The notes under the pieces: generated by a model | Databases searched by the model: none | Told to the model about the DNA's origin: nothing | The model's input: the letters and a program-made list of their open reading frames with translations, nothing else | Shown here: positions 48,769 to 57,759 of the stretch, one piece after another | Layout: each line of letters begins with the position of its first letter | How positions within the stretch are numbered: the first letter of the stretch is position 1 | Position numbers and translations under genes: made by a program | Assembly: GCA_902604855.1 (NCBI GenBank) | Contig: CACLAF010000003.1 | Coordinates: forward strand, 516-64,515 | DNA: 64,000 nucleotides | DNA from: an uncultured SAR86 cluster bacterium | GTDB taxonomy: Bacteria; Pseudomonadota; Gammaproteobacteria; Magnimaribacterales; Magnimaribacteraceae | Direction: 5' to 3'

Positions 48769-50349
48769 TTGTCAGAAGAAAAAAATTCTGAGGTTGGAGG
48801 TTATCACGCAAAAATTGCTTTAAGCCTTTTGGTTTTGGTATACATTTTTAATTTCATTGATAGGCAAATACTTTCTATATTAGCTGAAGATATTAAAGCT
48901 GATTTAGGAATATCTAATAGCGATATAGGTTTCTTATTTGGAACAGCATTTGGTGTCTTTTACTCAGTAGTAGGAATACCTATGGGTAAATTAGCTGATT
49001 CTTGGAATAGGAAAAATCTAATAAGTATCGGTCTGGCTTTTTGGAGTTTGATGACATTCCTTTCAGGGACAGCAAAATCTTTTCTCAGTCTATCGATTTA
49101 TAGATTTGGTGTAGGTATTGGCGAATCAAGTGCATCCCCCTCAGCATACTCATTACTTTCAGATTATTTCTCTCCAAAAGTAAGAGCCACGGTGTTATCC
49201 ATCTATTCAAGTGGACTTTACATAGGTGCAGGAATAGGTCTGTTCTTGGGAGGCGCAATTCTTGATACATGGAATTCTGCTTATCCTGATTATACGCAAG
49301 CTCCCTTTGGTCTAAAAGGATGGCAAGCAGCTTTTATGGGAGTTGGGCTTCCAGGAATCTTATTATCGATAATCACCTTTTTCTTTATAAAAGAGCCAGT
49401 AAGAGGACTCAGTGAAGGGATTGTCACTGAGCCAAGCAAAGAGCCCTTTAAAGATACCTTCAAAGAATTCATTGGATTAACTCCTATTTCTCTCCTAAGC
49501 GAAAAAGAGTCATTAAAGTCTATAGGTATAAATGCCCTGATTGGTTTTATAATCTTTAGTTTATGCTTTGCTCTATATAATCTCACAGGGGACTTCCTTC
49601 AATGGACCGCTTGGGGCATTGGGACCTACTTAGTCTCTACTTGGATTCAAAGTTTGAGTAAAAGAGATATCGTTGCCTTTACGCTGATGTTTAAAAGCAA
49701 AGCGGCTATATATTCTTTCATTGCTTTCCCATGTATACCTTTTGTAGGTTATGCCTATTCAGCTTTTACCCCATCTTTTTATATCAATAATCATGGCATG
49801 TCTGCTCTTGAAATAGGGACATTAATTGGTCTTATAACAGCGATTGGATCTTTTATTGGTGTCATAGGAGGCGGATATTTTGGAGATAAGCTACGCGATA
49901 AATATGTAGGTGGGAGGCTATATGTAATTTTTACGGGTGGAGTGCTCATTACTCTTGTGGGGTGTTTTGGAATGATTTACTCTGAATCAAAAAATATTTC
50001 TCTCATTTTTAACTTCATATATCACATTGGTAGTTCGGTCTATGTTGGTTGTGCTGCAACTACTGTTACAAATTTAGTATTGCCTAGAATGAGGGCAATG
50101 GCTGGAGCTTTCTTCATTCTTACATTAAGCATGATAGGTCTAGCACTTGGACCTTACACTTTAGGAAGGATTAGTGATGCTTTTGAGAGTCAAGGTTATG
50201 CAGCTGGTGACGCGATGCAAACATCCATGGCTTGGATATTAATTATATTAATAATACCAAGCATAGCTCTATTCTTAGCCGCAAAAAACTTAAAGGAAGA
50301 TGAAGAATCTGTGACCGAACGAGCTAGAGCCTTAGGAGAGATCATTTAA
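48769..50349 (+). CDS. Spinster-like MFS transporter
   Basis: FNFIDRQILSIL...IK.DL, G.LAD.WNRK, RFGVGIGE...SP.A.SLLSDYF. Confidence 0.88.
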   Translation: MSEEKNSEVGGYHAKIALSLLVLVYIFNFIDRQILSILAEDIKADLGISNSDIGFLFGTAFGVFYSVVGIPMGKLADSWNRKNLISIGLAFWSLMTFLSGTAKSFLSLSIYRFGVGIGESSASPSAYSLLSDYFSPKVRATVLSIYSSGLYIGAGIGLFLGGAILDTWNSAYPDYTQAPFGLKGWQAAFMGVGLPGILLSIITFFFIKEPVRGLSEGIVTEPSKEPFKDTFKEFIGLTPISLLSEKESLKSIGINALIGFIIFSLCFALYNLTGDFLQWTAWGIGTYLVSTWIQSLSKRDIVAFTLMFKSKAAIYSFIAFPCIPFVGYAYSAFTPSFYINNHGMSALEIGTLIGLITAIGSFIGVIGGGYFGDKLRDKYVGGRLYVIFTGGVLITLVGCFGMIYSESKNISLIFNFIYHIGSSVYVGCAATTVTNLVLPRMRAMAGAFFILTLSMIGLALGPYTLGRISDAFESQGYAAGDAMQTSMAWILIILIIPSIALFLAAKNLKEDEESVTERARALGEII

Positions 50350-50363
50350 AGAGACAAAGTAAC

Positions 50364-50813
50364 TTAAGATAAGCTATTTTTTATTTCTCTGTAAGAGATT
50401 TTGAGTACTGGATGAATAGAATCGGCTGCTAATTCGCATAGAGGCTCAAGAACGAAGTTGTACTTTTCAATATCTTCACTAGGTATATCCAATAGCTCTG
50501 TTTTAGCGATTAGGTTTCCATAAAGAATTAGATCTATATCTATAACTCTACTCGACATGCCCTTTTGGTCTATTGTACGGCCCATTTTCTCTTCAATCTC
50601 TTTTAAAAATGCTCTTAATTCAAGGGGGTCCATACTTGTCTCAAATGAACAAACTAAATTCAAAAAATCTTTTCCAGCGAAGCCTTCTGCCGGTGTTTTA
50701 TAGATACTTGAATAGCTCACTTTAAAATTGCTATCAAGATAGATCTTAACCTGATCAATATTCTTTTCAGGATCAAGGTTTGAACCAATGCTTAGAAATA
50801 CTTTTTCAGTCAA
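50364..50813 (-). CDS. folK: 6-hydroxymethyl-7,8-dihydropterin pyrophosphokinase
   Basis: LSIGSN, FLN, IE..MGR, SRVIDIDLILYG. Confidence 0.92.
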   Translation of the reverse strand: MTEKVFLSIGSNLDPEKNIDQVKIYLDSNFKVSYSSIYKTPAEGFAGKDFLNLVCSFETSMDPLELRAFLKEIEEKMGRTIDQKGMSSRVIDIDLILYGNLIAKTELLDIPSEDIEKYNFVLEPLCELAADSIHPVLKISYREIKNSLS

Positions 50814-51157
50814 GGTCGTTCAATAATTATACCTACAGACTCTGAACCTCTCAGAGCTCCTGGTTTGCTTAAAGTTACTTTGACTTTTTCTACAGGGAAT
50901 TCTTTAAGAATTATTTTGGCGATATTCTCGGCAAGTGATTCGACAAGTTGAAATTTTGATTTTTGTATGAAAGCGGTAACTCTCTTTCCCACTTTTTTAT
51001 AGTTTAATGCATCTTCTATTGAATCTGACTTAGCAGCTTTTTTGTTATCAAATTCCATTTCTATATCGACAGATATAACTTGTTTTACTTCCCTCTCCCA
51101 TTGAAAAATACCAATGATTCCTTCAACTTCTAAGCCTTTTATAAAGACTTTATCCAT
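50810..51157 (-). CDS. folB: Dihydroneopterin aldolase
   Basis: IGIFQWER..KQ, LNY, LVESLAE, KPGA...VG..IER. Confidence 0.95.
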   Translation of the reverse strand: MDKVFIKGLEVEGIIGIFQWEREVKQVISVDIEMEFDNKKAAKSDSIEDALNYKKVGKRVTAFIQKSKFQLVESLAENIAKIILKEFPVEKVKVTLSKPGALRGSESVGIIIERP

Positions 51158-52160
51158 TTGCTAACTCCGATAAAGGCCATCTAGGTCTAATATTCAAATC
51201 AAGATCTTTTTGAATATCCTGCATATAAAAACTGCCAGCGTAAGCGATCATGGCTCCATTGTCTGTACATCTGTTAATAGGGGGGAAATAGATTTTTTTA
51301 TCCTTCATCCCTTCCATTAACTTAGTACGTATATATTTATTAGATGCAACACCTCCACCAATAACCAATTCTTCTAAGTCAGTTGACTCCATTGCTTCTC
51401 TAGTTTTTATTAAAAGAGTATCCGCTACAGCAGCTTGAAAGGAAGCCGCTAAATCTGCTTTCTTGGAATCGTCTATTTCTTTTATTTTTTTGAATTCATA
51501 ATAAACAGCTGTTTTTAAGCCACTGAAGCTAAAGTCAAAGTTTTTCTTATTTGTCATCGGTCTTGGAAAATTAAATGATTCGGGATTTCCTTCTTTTGCT
51601 AAAGACTCTATCTTAGGTCCGCCTGGGTAACCTAATTCTAAAATTTTAGCAACCTTATCAAAAGCCTCTCCCACAGCATCATCTAAAGTTTGTCCTAAAA
51701 TCTCATAATCTCCTAAAGCCTTTGCATTAATCAATAAACAGTGCCCGCCAGAAATTAGGAGCGTTAAAAAGGGGAAAGAGGGAGCGGGATTTTCTAATAA
51801 ATTAATTAATAGATGCGCTTCCATATGATGTATGCCTATAGAAGGCTTTTTTATGGACATGGAAATTGCTTTAGCCATAGAAGCGCCAATCAAAAGAGGT
51901 CCTCTCAGACCAGGTCCAGCCGTATAAGCAATTGCATCAATGGATTGAAGATCATGACCAGACTTATCAATTGTAAGTTCTATTAAAGGAACTAGTTTCT
52001 TAAGGTGATCTCTTGAAGCCAGCTCTGGAACTACACCTCCGTACTCAGCATGCTTAGAAGCTTGACTATATAGTTGCTCAGAAATAATACTGTTTGTATC
52101 AGTATCAAATATGGCTACACCTGTTTCATCACAAGAAGTTTCTATTCCAAGTATTTTCAT
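51150..52160 (-). CDS. tsaD: tRNA N6-adenosine threonylcarbamoyltransferase
   Basis: MKILGIETSCDETG, GGVVPELASRDH, HHMEAH, CTDNGAMIA; ATG at 52160. Confidence 0.97.
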   Translation of the reverse strand: MKILGIETSCDETGVAIFDTDTNSIISEQLYSQASKHAEYGGVVPELASRDHLKKLVPLIELTIDKSGHDLQSIDAIAYTAGPGLRGPLLIGASMAKAISMSIKKPSIGIHHMEAHLLINLLENPAPSFPFLTLLISGGHCLLINAKALGDYEILGQTLDDAVGEAFDKVAKILELGYPGGPKIESLAKEGNPESFNFPRPMTNKKNFDFSFSGLKTAVYYEFKKIKEIDDSKKADLAASFQAAVADTLLIKTREAMESTDLEELVIGGGVASNKYIRTKLMEGMKDKKIYFPPINRCTDNGAMIAYAGSFYMQDIQKDLDLNIRPRWPLSELANG

Positions 52161-52207
52161 AAGTTTAAGGATAGCTATTTTCGTTGAAAATAAAAAAAAA
52201 GAAACAC

Positions 52208-52243
52208 TTTCCAAATTAAAAATGGTTCTATAGAATTGCCGCC
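52208..52243 (+). promoter_or_regulatory. rpsU promoter
   Basis: TTTCCA-N17-TAGAAT-TGCCGCC (GC-rich discriminator). Confidence 0.55.
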
Positions 52244-52259
52244 TCTTTAGAGATTATTT

Positions 52260-52475
52260 ATGCCATCAATAAAAATAAGACCAAATGAATCTTTTGATGT
52301 AGGGCTCAGGAAGTTCAAGAGAGCCTGTGAAAAAGCAGGCATTATCCCAGAAGTAAGGAAAAGAGAATTCTACGAAAAGCCGACGTCCGTTTTAAAGAGG
52401 AAGAAAGCTGCTGCTGTTAAAAGAGAACAAAAAAATCAAAGAAAAAATAGATTAGGAAGACCTCCTAGATTCTAA
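52260..52475 (+). CDS. rpsU: 30S ribosomal protein S21
   Basis: [12 protein letters not shown]...REFYEKP...KAAAVKR. Confidence 0.97.
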   Translation: MPSIKIRPNESFDVGLRKFKRACEKAGIIPEVRKREFYEKPTSVLKRKKAAAVKREQKNQRKNRLGRPPRF

Positions 52476-52486
52476 TCAATAGCCAT

Positions 52487-52939
52487 ATGGCAGACTCAAT
52501 CAGGCATCTCATAGAAGAGGCAGTCAAATCCTCAATGAGAGAAAGAAACAAGGATAGAACATCCACATTAAGGATGGCACTATCTGAATTAAAAAAAGAA
52601 GAAATAGATAATAAGATTGAATTGTCTAATGAGGGCTCAATTAAGATTCTTCAAAGAATGATAAAGCAAAGAAAGGAATCAATGTCTCAATTTTTAAATG
52701 CGCAAAGAAATGATCTCGCAGAAAAAGAAGAGTCGGAAATTGTTATATTGCAAGACTTTCTCCCAGAGCAAATGAGCGTGGATGACATCAATAAACTGGT
52801 CATTGAGGCGATTAATGAAACTAATGCCAAAGAACCTCAGGACATAGGAAAAGTGATGGGCTTTTTAAAAACCAAAATTCAAGGAAATGCTGATATGGGA
52901 GTTGTCAGCAAACTAGTTAAAGAGAATCTACAAGGCTAG
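52487..52939 (+). CDS. yqeY: GatB/YqeY domain protein
   Basis: KQRKES..QF....R.DLAEKE..E, LP.Q, DIGKVMG, ADM..VS..VK. Confidence 0.92.
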   Translation: MADSIRHLIEEAVKSSMRERNKDRTSTLRMALSELKKEEIDNKIELSNEGSIKILQRMIKQRKESMSQFLNAQRNDLAEKEESEIVILQDFLPEQMSVDDINKLVIEAINETNAKEPQDIGKVMGFLKTKIQGNADMGVVSKLVKENLQG

Positions 52940-53538
52940 TTTTCTTCAAATCTTGCCTCAGCAGCTTTCACAGCAGCATAAGTCGTTTGATCTACTTCAA
53001 TATTAAGTGAATCACCATCTTTAATACCAGAAAGGTTGGTTGCGTTTAATGTTTCTGGAATTAAATAAACAGAGAAAGAATCTTCTGTTTTATTGGCAAC
53101 AGTAAGGCTAGCTCCATTTATCGCAATATAACCCTTATGAAATATATAATGTATCCACTCTTTGGGGCACTGGACTCTGAGCTCAATTTCTTCATCCGAA
53201 CTAATTAGCTTTGAAGGCGCTCTGCATGAAATATGCCCAGATAAAATATGACCTCCCACTTCATCACCAAACTTTAAAGACCTTTCAAGATTAACTTTTG
53301 AGTCAATAGATAGAAATTCTATGTTTGTGACCCTTAAAGTTTCAGGTATTACATCAAATGAGACGATATCATTTTTAAATTCGATTACTGTTAAACAAAC
53401 ACCATTGACAGAAATGCTAGCTCCCTTCTCTAACTTATTAAGAAAAGTTTTTGAAACTTTAATCTCAAGCCTTATACCTGATTCAGTTTCTTCTTTATTA
53501 GAAATAATACCGATTTCTTGAACAATTCCTGTAAACAT
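52936..53538 (-). CDS. ribC: Riboflavin synthase alpha chain
   Basis: MFTGIV N-terminus, SISVNGVCLTV, VNLER, GGH..SGH. Confidence 0.95.
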   Translation of the reverse strand: MFTGIVQEIGIISNKEETESGIRLEIKVSKTFLNKLEKGASISVNGVCLTVIEFKNDIVSFDVIPETLRVTNIEFLSIDSKVNLERSLKFGDEVGGHILSGHISCRAPSKLISSDEEIELRVQCPKEWIHYIFHKGYIAINGASLTVANKTEDSFSVYLIPETLNATNLSGIKDGDSLNIEVDQTTYAAVKAAEARFEEN

Positions 53539-54168
53539 TTAAGTACCTAAAAGATAGTTTTTTATAATTTTAGCTTCATCTTGACGTTCACAGTCTTCTA
53601 AAAATTCTATGAGTTGTGAAATTTTAGCTATAGAAGTCACAGAGATATTAAAATCTTGAAATATTTTATCTCTTGCCAATAAATCATCTAGGATTTCTTC
53701 TCTATCTAATGCAACTAAACAACCTATTGCACTACCACCTTCTTGAGAAATTATTTCTAGTGACTGTTTAAGAGCAGTACCCGCTGTGAGCACATCATCA
53801 ATCACTAAAACTTTCTTATCCTTTAACTCCCCTACTATACTGCCGCCTTCACCATGAACTTTCGCTTCTTTTCTGTTGAAAGCAAAGGGAATTGGTTTAG
53901 AAATCTTAGCACTTAAAGAAGCTGATATGGCTGCAGCCAGAGGTATGCCTTTATATGCAGGACCAAAAATTACATCGAACTCTAATTTGCTAGAAATGAT
54001 TTCTTCGGTGTATAGATTTGATAACTCAGCTAAGAAGCCTTGATTAAAAAAAGATCCAACATTAAAGAAATATGGACTTTTTTTTCCAGACTTTAAAATG
54101 AAATCACCTAACAAGAGTGCATCCGACTTTAGAGCCAGTTCAAAGAAAAGAGTTTCATTTTTTAACAT
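53539..54168 (-). CDS. pyrE: Orotate phosphoribosyltransferase
   Basis: LKSG..SPYFFN, GPAYKGIP, RKEAK.HGEGG, IDDVLTAGT. Confidence 0.97.
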   Translation of the reverse strand: MLKNETLFFELALKSDALLLGDFILKSGKKSPYFFNVGSFFNQGFLAELSNLYTEEIISSKLEFDVIFGPAYKGIPLAAAISASLSAKISKPIPFAFNRKEAKVHGEGGSIVGELKDKKVLVIDDVLTAGTALKQSLEIISQEGGSAIGCLVALDREEILDDLLARDKIFQDFNISVTSIAKISQLIEFLEDCERQDEAKIIKNYLLGT

Positions 54169-54227
54169 ATATTCTAAAAACTTAAATATTTTAAATGTAT
54201 TTCACCTACAATAAACTTTTTTTAATC

Positions 54228-54842
54228 ATGGGCAAATTATTTGTTATTTCTGCACCGTCTGGAACCGGCAAAACTTCCCTTATACAGGCTATTCTTGAAG
54301 ATCCGGTTGCCTCTAATACCTATCTGGGGATTTCTTATACAACTAGAAAAGCAAGACCGAAGGAAGAGGATGGTATTTCGTATTTTTTCATTTCACAAAT
54401 GAGTTTCATGGAAAAAGTAAAAAATAATGATTTTCTGGAATATGCAGAAGTATTCGGTAATTTTTATGGCACTCCTAAAGACTGGGTACTTTCAGTGCTT
54501 TCAAAAAAAGAAAATGTGCTGCTCGAACTTGATATTCAAGGTGCATTACAAGTCAAAAAAGCTTTTCCTGAAGCAAAGACTGTATTCATCATTCCTCCTT
54601 CTTATGAGGATTTGACCAAAAGACTCGAATCTAGAGATCAAGATTCAAAAACGGAGATAGCTAAAAGACTTAAAGAAGCTAGAAATGAAATCGATATTGG
54701 GAAAGATTTTGATCAAGTAATAGTAAATGATGATTTTGATGCCGCTTTAGAAGATTTGAAACAATTTATGTTCACATCAGAGGGGATAACTAATGAAAGA
54801 AGTGAAATTATCAAAAATTCTCTTGATCTATTACTGGATTGA
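54228..54842 (+). CDS. gmk: Guanylate kinase
   Basis: SAPSGTGKTS, SYTTR..RP.E.DG..Y.F, GNFYGT; ATG at 54228. Confidence 0.96.
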   Translation: MGKLFVISAPSGTGKTSLIQAILEDPVASNTYLGISYTTRKARPKEEDGISYFFISQMSFMEKVKNNDFLEYAEVFGNFYGTPKDWVLSVLSKKENVLLELDIQGALQVKKAFPEAKTVFIIPPSYEDLTKRLESRDQDSKTEIAKRLKEARNEIDIGKDFDQVIVNDDFDAALEDLKQFMFTSEGITNERSEIIKNSLDLLLD

Positions 54843-54892
54843 AGCTTAAGTTTGCATTAGAATGCGCAACCGCACATTAAAACACTAAGATT

Positions 54893-55165
54893 ATGGCCAG
54901 AATTACAGTAGAAGAAGCTTTAGAAAAAGTCAGTACAAGATACGAGTTAATTATACTTGCTGCTAAGAGAGCTAGACAGCTTGCTACTGGTGGTAGACGC
55001 CCTACTCTTGAGTGGGAAGACGATAAACCTACAGTAATGGCATTAAGAGAGATTGAAGCTGGAACTGTCACAACAGACAATATTAATGAACTAAAAGTTG
55101 ATATTGCTGATTTAGAACAAGAGTTCTCTGATGAGCTCTCTGCTGAAGATCTGCCTCAATCTTAA
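54893..55165 (+). CDS. rpoZ: RNA polymerase omega subunit
   Basis: MARITVE...RYEL...AAKRARQL...KPTV.ALREI. Confidence 0.97.
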   Translation: MARITVEEALEKVSTRYELIILAAKRARQLATGGRRPTLEWEDDKPTVMALREIEAGTVTTDNINELKVDIADLEQEFSDELSAEDLPQS

Positions 55166-55198
55166 AAAACCTAAAAATATTCGCAATAAGCTCTAAAA

Positions 55199-55219
55199 AC
55201 AGGGATACTAAATCTCTGT
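55199..55219 (+). other. Hairpin in the rpoZ-spoT spacer
   Basis: ACAGGGAT-ACTAA-ATCTCTGT, 8 bp stem with one G-U pair. Confidence 0.35.
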
Positions 55220-55231
55220 ATTAATATTATT

Positions 55232-57373
55232 ATGGAATCAATTGGAGCCTTATCAAAGAAACTGTCAGACTATTTAGATCCAAAAAAGGTTAGACAAGTT
55301 AATAAAGCATATAACTTTGCTTGTGAAGCTCATTCTGGTCAGTTTAGATCCAGTGGAGACCCATATGTTACGCATCCAATAGCTGTTGCTTCGATATTGA
55401 GCTCTTTCAGGATGGACGAAGATAGTCTATCTGCTGCTATGCTTCATGATGTCATTGAAGATACAGGTATCCCAAAAGCTATTATAGAAAAAAAATTTAA
55501 TAGGGATGTTGCTAACCTTGTAGATGGAGTTAGCAAACTAGATAAACTTTCAATATCTAATCGCACTGAGGCTGAAGCAGAAAATCTCCAAAAAATGGTT
55601 TTAGCAATGTCTAAAGACATCAGGGTAATCGTCGTAAAACTTGCAGACAGACTTCACAACATGAGAACTTTGATGTATCTCAATAGAGAGAAGCAAATAA
55701 AGATAGCAAAAGAAACACTAGAAATTTATGCCCCAATTGCCCATAGGATTGGTATGAATAATTTGTATCGTGAACTTGAAGACTTGGCATTCAAGGTTAT
55801 TTATCCAAAGCGTTATGAAAGGCTAACCTCCGCCGTTAAAAAGAATAGAGGCGGTCAAAAAAGAATACTAAATAAAATACAAAAAGAACTCAGTAAGAGG
55901 CTTCTAGATCAAGGTATCCCCGCTTTAGTGGAAGGGAGAGAAAAGCATACCTATAGTATTTATAGAAAAATGAAAGAAAGGCACAGATCCTTTGAAGAGA
56001 TTATGGATGTATATGCCATAAAAATTATTGTAGATACCCCAGAAAACTGTTACCGCACTATTGGTCATATTCATAACTTATACAAACCTGTGGAAGGTCG
56101 TTTTAAAGATTACATAGCTATTCCCAAATCGAATGGATATCAGTCCCTTCATACGGGTGTAGTCGGATTGAAAGGATTTCCCGTGGAAGTTCAAATAAAA
56201 ACACAAGAAATGAACGATATGGCAGAAAATGGGATAGCTTCTCACTGGCTATATAAATCAGGTGATAAGTCAGATTTTAATCCTCAGATAAGGGCACGGA
56301 GATGGGTAGCTGGTCTTCTTGAGATGAGAGAAAATTATGATTCTACTGAAGAGTTCATTGATTCAATAAAAACTGATATTTTTCCTGACGAAATATATGT
56401 ATTTACTCCACAAGGTAAAATTATTGAAATGTCTAGCGGCTCGACTGCTATAGATTTTGCATATGCAGTCCACACAGACATTGGCCATCATTGTAGAGCG
56501 TGCAGAATAAATAAAAGACTCGCCCCTCTAAGTGTCCCTCTAGAAAGTGGTCAAACAATTGAAATTCTTACCGAGAAGGTTCCTCAAACCTCACCTGCTT
56601 GGTTAAATTTTGCAGTAACCCCGAGAGCCAGAAATGGTATTCGTCACTATTTAAGTAACCTAAAGACCTCCGAAGCAAGAAAATTTGGAAAGAAGCTACT
56701 TGATCAATCATTGACGAATATGGGGATTAAGTTAAGAGAAATAGAAAAGAATGAACTGCGTAAAGTATTAAAAAATATTGGAGTAAGAAGTCTCAACAAA
56801 CTACTAGAGGAAATAGGGTTAGGTCAAAGAGTAGGTAATATTGTAGCTCAACAAATAACAGGATTCTTAAAAGATGATGATATTGAGCACAAGGAAGTAG
56901 TGCCTCTTGAGATTACTGGATCGGAGGGTCTGATTGTAAATTATGCGATCTGCTGTAAACCTATCCCGGGGGATTCTGTTATTGGTCATTTCACTGCTGA
57001 AAGAGGTCTCGTCATACACCAAGAAAGGTGCAAAAACATCCTATCTGTCAGAGAAGATCCTCAACAGTGCTTCCCTGTAAATTGGGGTAAACCCTCCGGA
57101 AGGTCCTTCCTAGTTCAAATAAAGGTAATTGCAAGAGATGAGCCAGGCCTTCTTGCAAATTTAGCTGCTGTAATTACAGGCCTCGAAACTAATATAGCTT
57201 CCATTCAAACAATGGACACAAATACTGAGATACATGAATTTATACTCGATCTTGAAGTGTCAGATAGAACACATCTTTCCAAGATATTAAGAAAAATAAG
57301 AACAGTAAACAATGTCGTTTCTGTAACCAGAATACATGATTGGGAGATGAGGCAAGCAGCAGCATTACACTAA
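55232..57373 (+). CDS. spoT: Bifunctional (p)ppGpp synthetase/hydrolase
   Basis: Intact HD hydrolase motif (LHDVIED), KDYIAIPKSNGYQSLH, TGS and ACT domains. Confidence 0.97.
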   Translation: MESIGALSKKLSDYLDPKKVRQVNKAYNFACEAHSGQFRSSGDPYVTHPIAVASILSSFRMDEDSLSAAMLHDVIEDTGIPKAIIEKKFNRDVANLVDGVSKLDKLSISNRTEAEAENLQKMVLAMSKDIRVIVVKLADRLHNMRTLMYLNREKQIKIAKETLEIYAPIAHRIGMNNLYRELEDLAFKVIYPKRYERLTSAVKKNRGGQKRILNKIQKELSKRLLDQGIPALVEGREKHTYSIYRKMKERHRSFEEIMDVYAIKIIVDTPENCYRTIGHIHNLYKPVEGRFKDYIAIPKSNGYQSLHTGVVGLKGFPVEVQIKTQEMNDMAENGIASHWLYKSGDKSDFNPQIRARRWVAGLLEMRENYDSTEEFIDSIKTDIFPDEIYVFTPQGKIIEMSSGSTAIDFAYAVHTDIGHHCRACRINKRLAPLSVPLESGQTIEILTEKVPQTSPAWLNFAVTPRARNGIRHYLSNLKTSEARKFGKKLLDQSLTNMGIKLREIEKNELRKVLKNIGVRSLNKLLEEIGLGQRVGNIVAQQITGFLKDDDIEHKEVVPLEITGSEGLIVNYAICCKPIPGDSVIGHFTAERGLVIHQERCKNILSVREDPQQCFPVNWGKPSGRSFLVQIKVIARDEPGLLANLAAVITGLETNIASIQTMDTNTEIHEFILDLEVSDRTHLSKILRKIRTVNNVVSVTRIHDWEMRQAAALH

Positions 57374-57374
57374 T

Positions 57375-57755
57375 ATGAAAAAAAAAATTAGCTCTAAAAA
57401 AGCACCGGCAGCAATTGGACCATATTCTCAAGGAATAGAGACTGAGCATTTGATATTTCTATCAGGGCAAATACCCTTAGATCCCGAGACAATGCAATTA
57501 GTTGAAGGAGATGAAAATCAGATTCGACAAGTTTTTAAAAATATCGATGCTCTATGTGCTGAAGCTGATCTAAATATGAATCATATAGTTAAACTCAATG
57601 TCTCTCTTCATGATCTATCACTCTTCAGTTTGGTAAATGAAATTATGAAAGAATTATTTACAGAACCTTATCCTGCAAGAGCCGCGCTTCAGGTAGCAAG
57701 ACTACCTTTGGACTCTTCTATTGAGGTAGAAGCCATTCTAGCCAAGACCATATAA
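57375..57755 (+). CDS. ridA: RidA/Rid family enamine deaminase
   Basis: APAAIGPYSQ, SGQIPLDP, PARAA..V..LP....IEVEAI. Confidence 0.92.
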   Translation: MKKKISSKKAPAAIGPYSQGIETEHLIFLSGQIPLDPETMQLVEGDENQIRQVFKNIDALCAEADLNMNHIVKLNVSLHDLSLFSLVNEIMKELFTEPYPARAALQVARLPLDSSIEVEAILAKTI

Positions 57756-57759
57756 ATAA

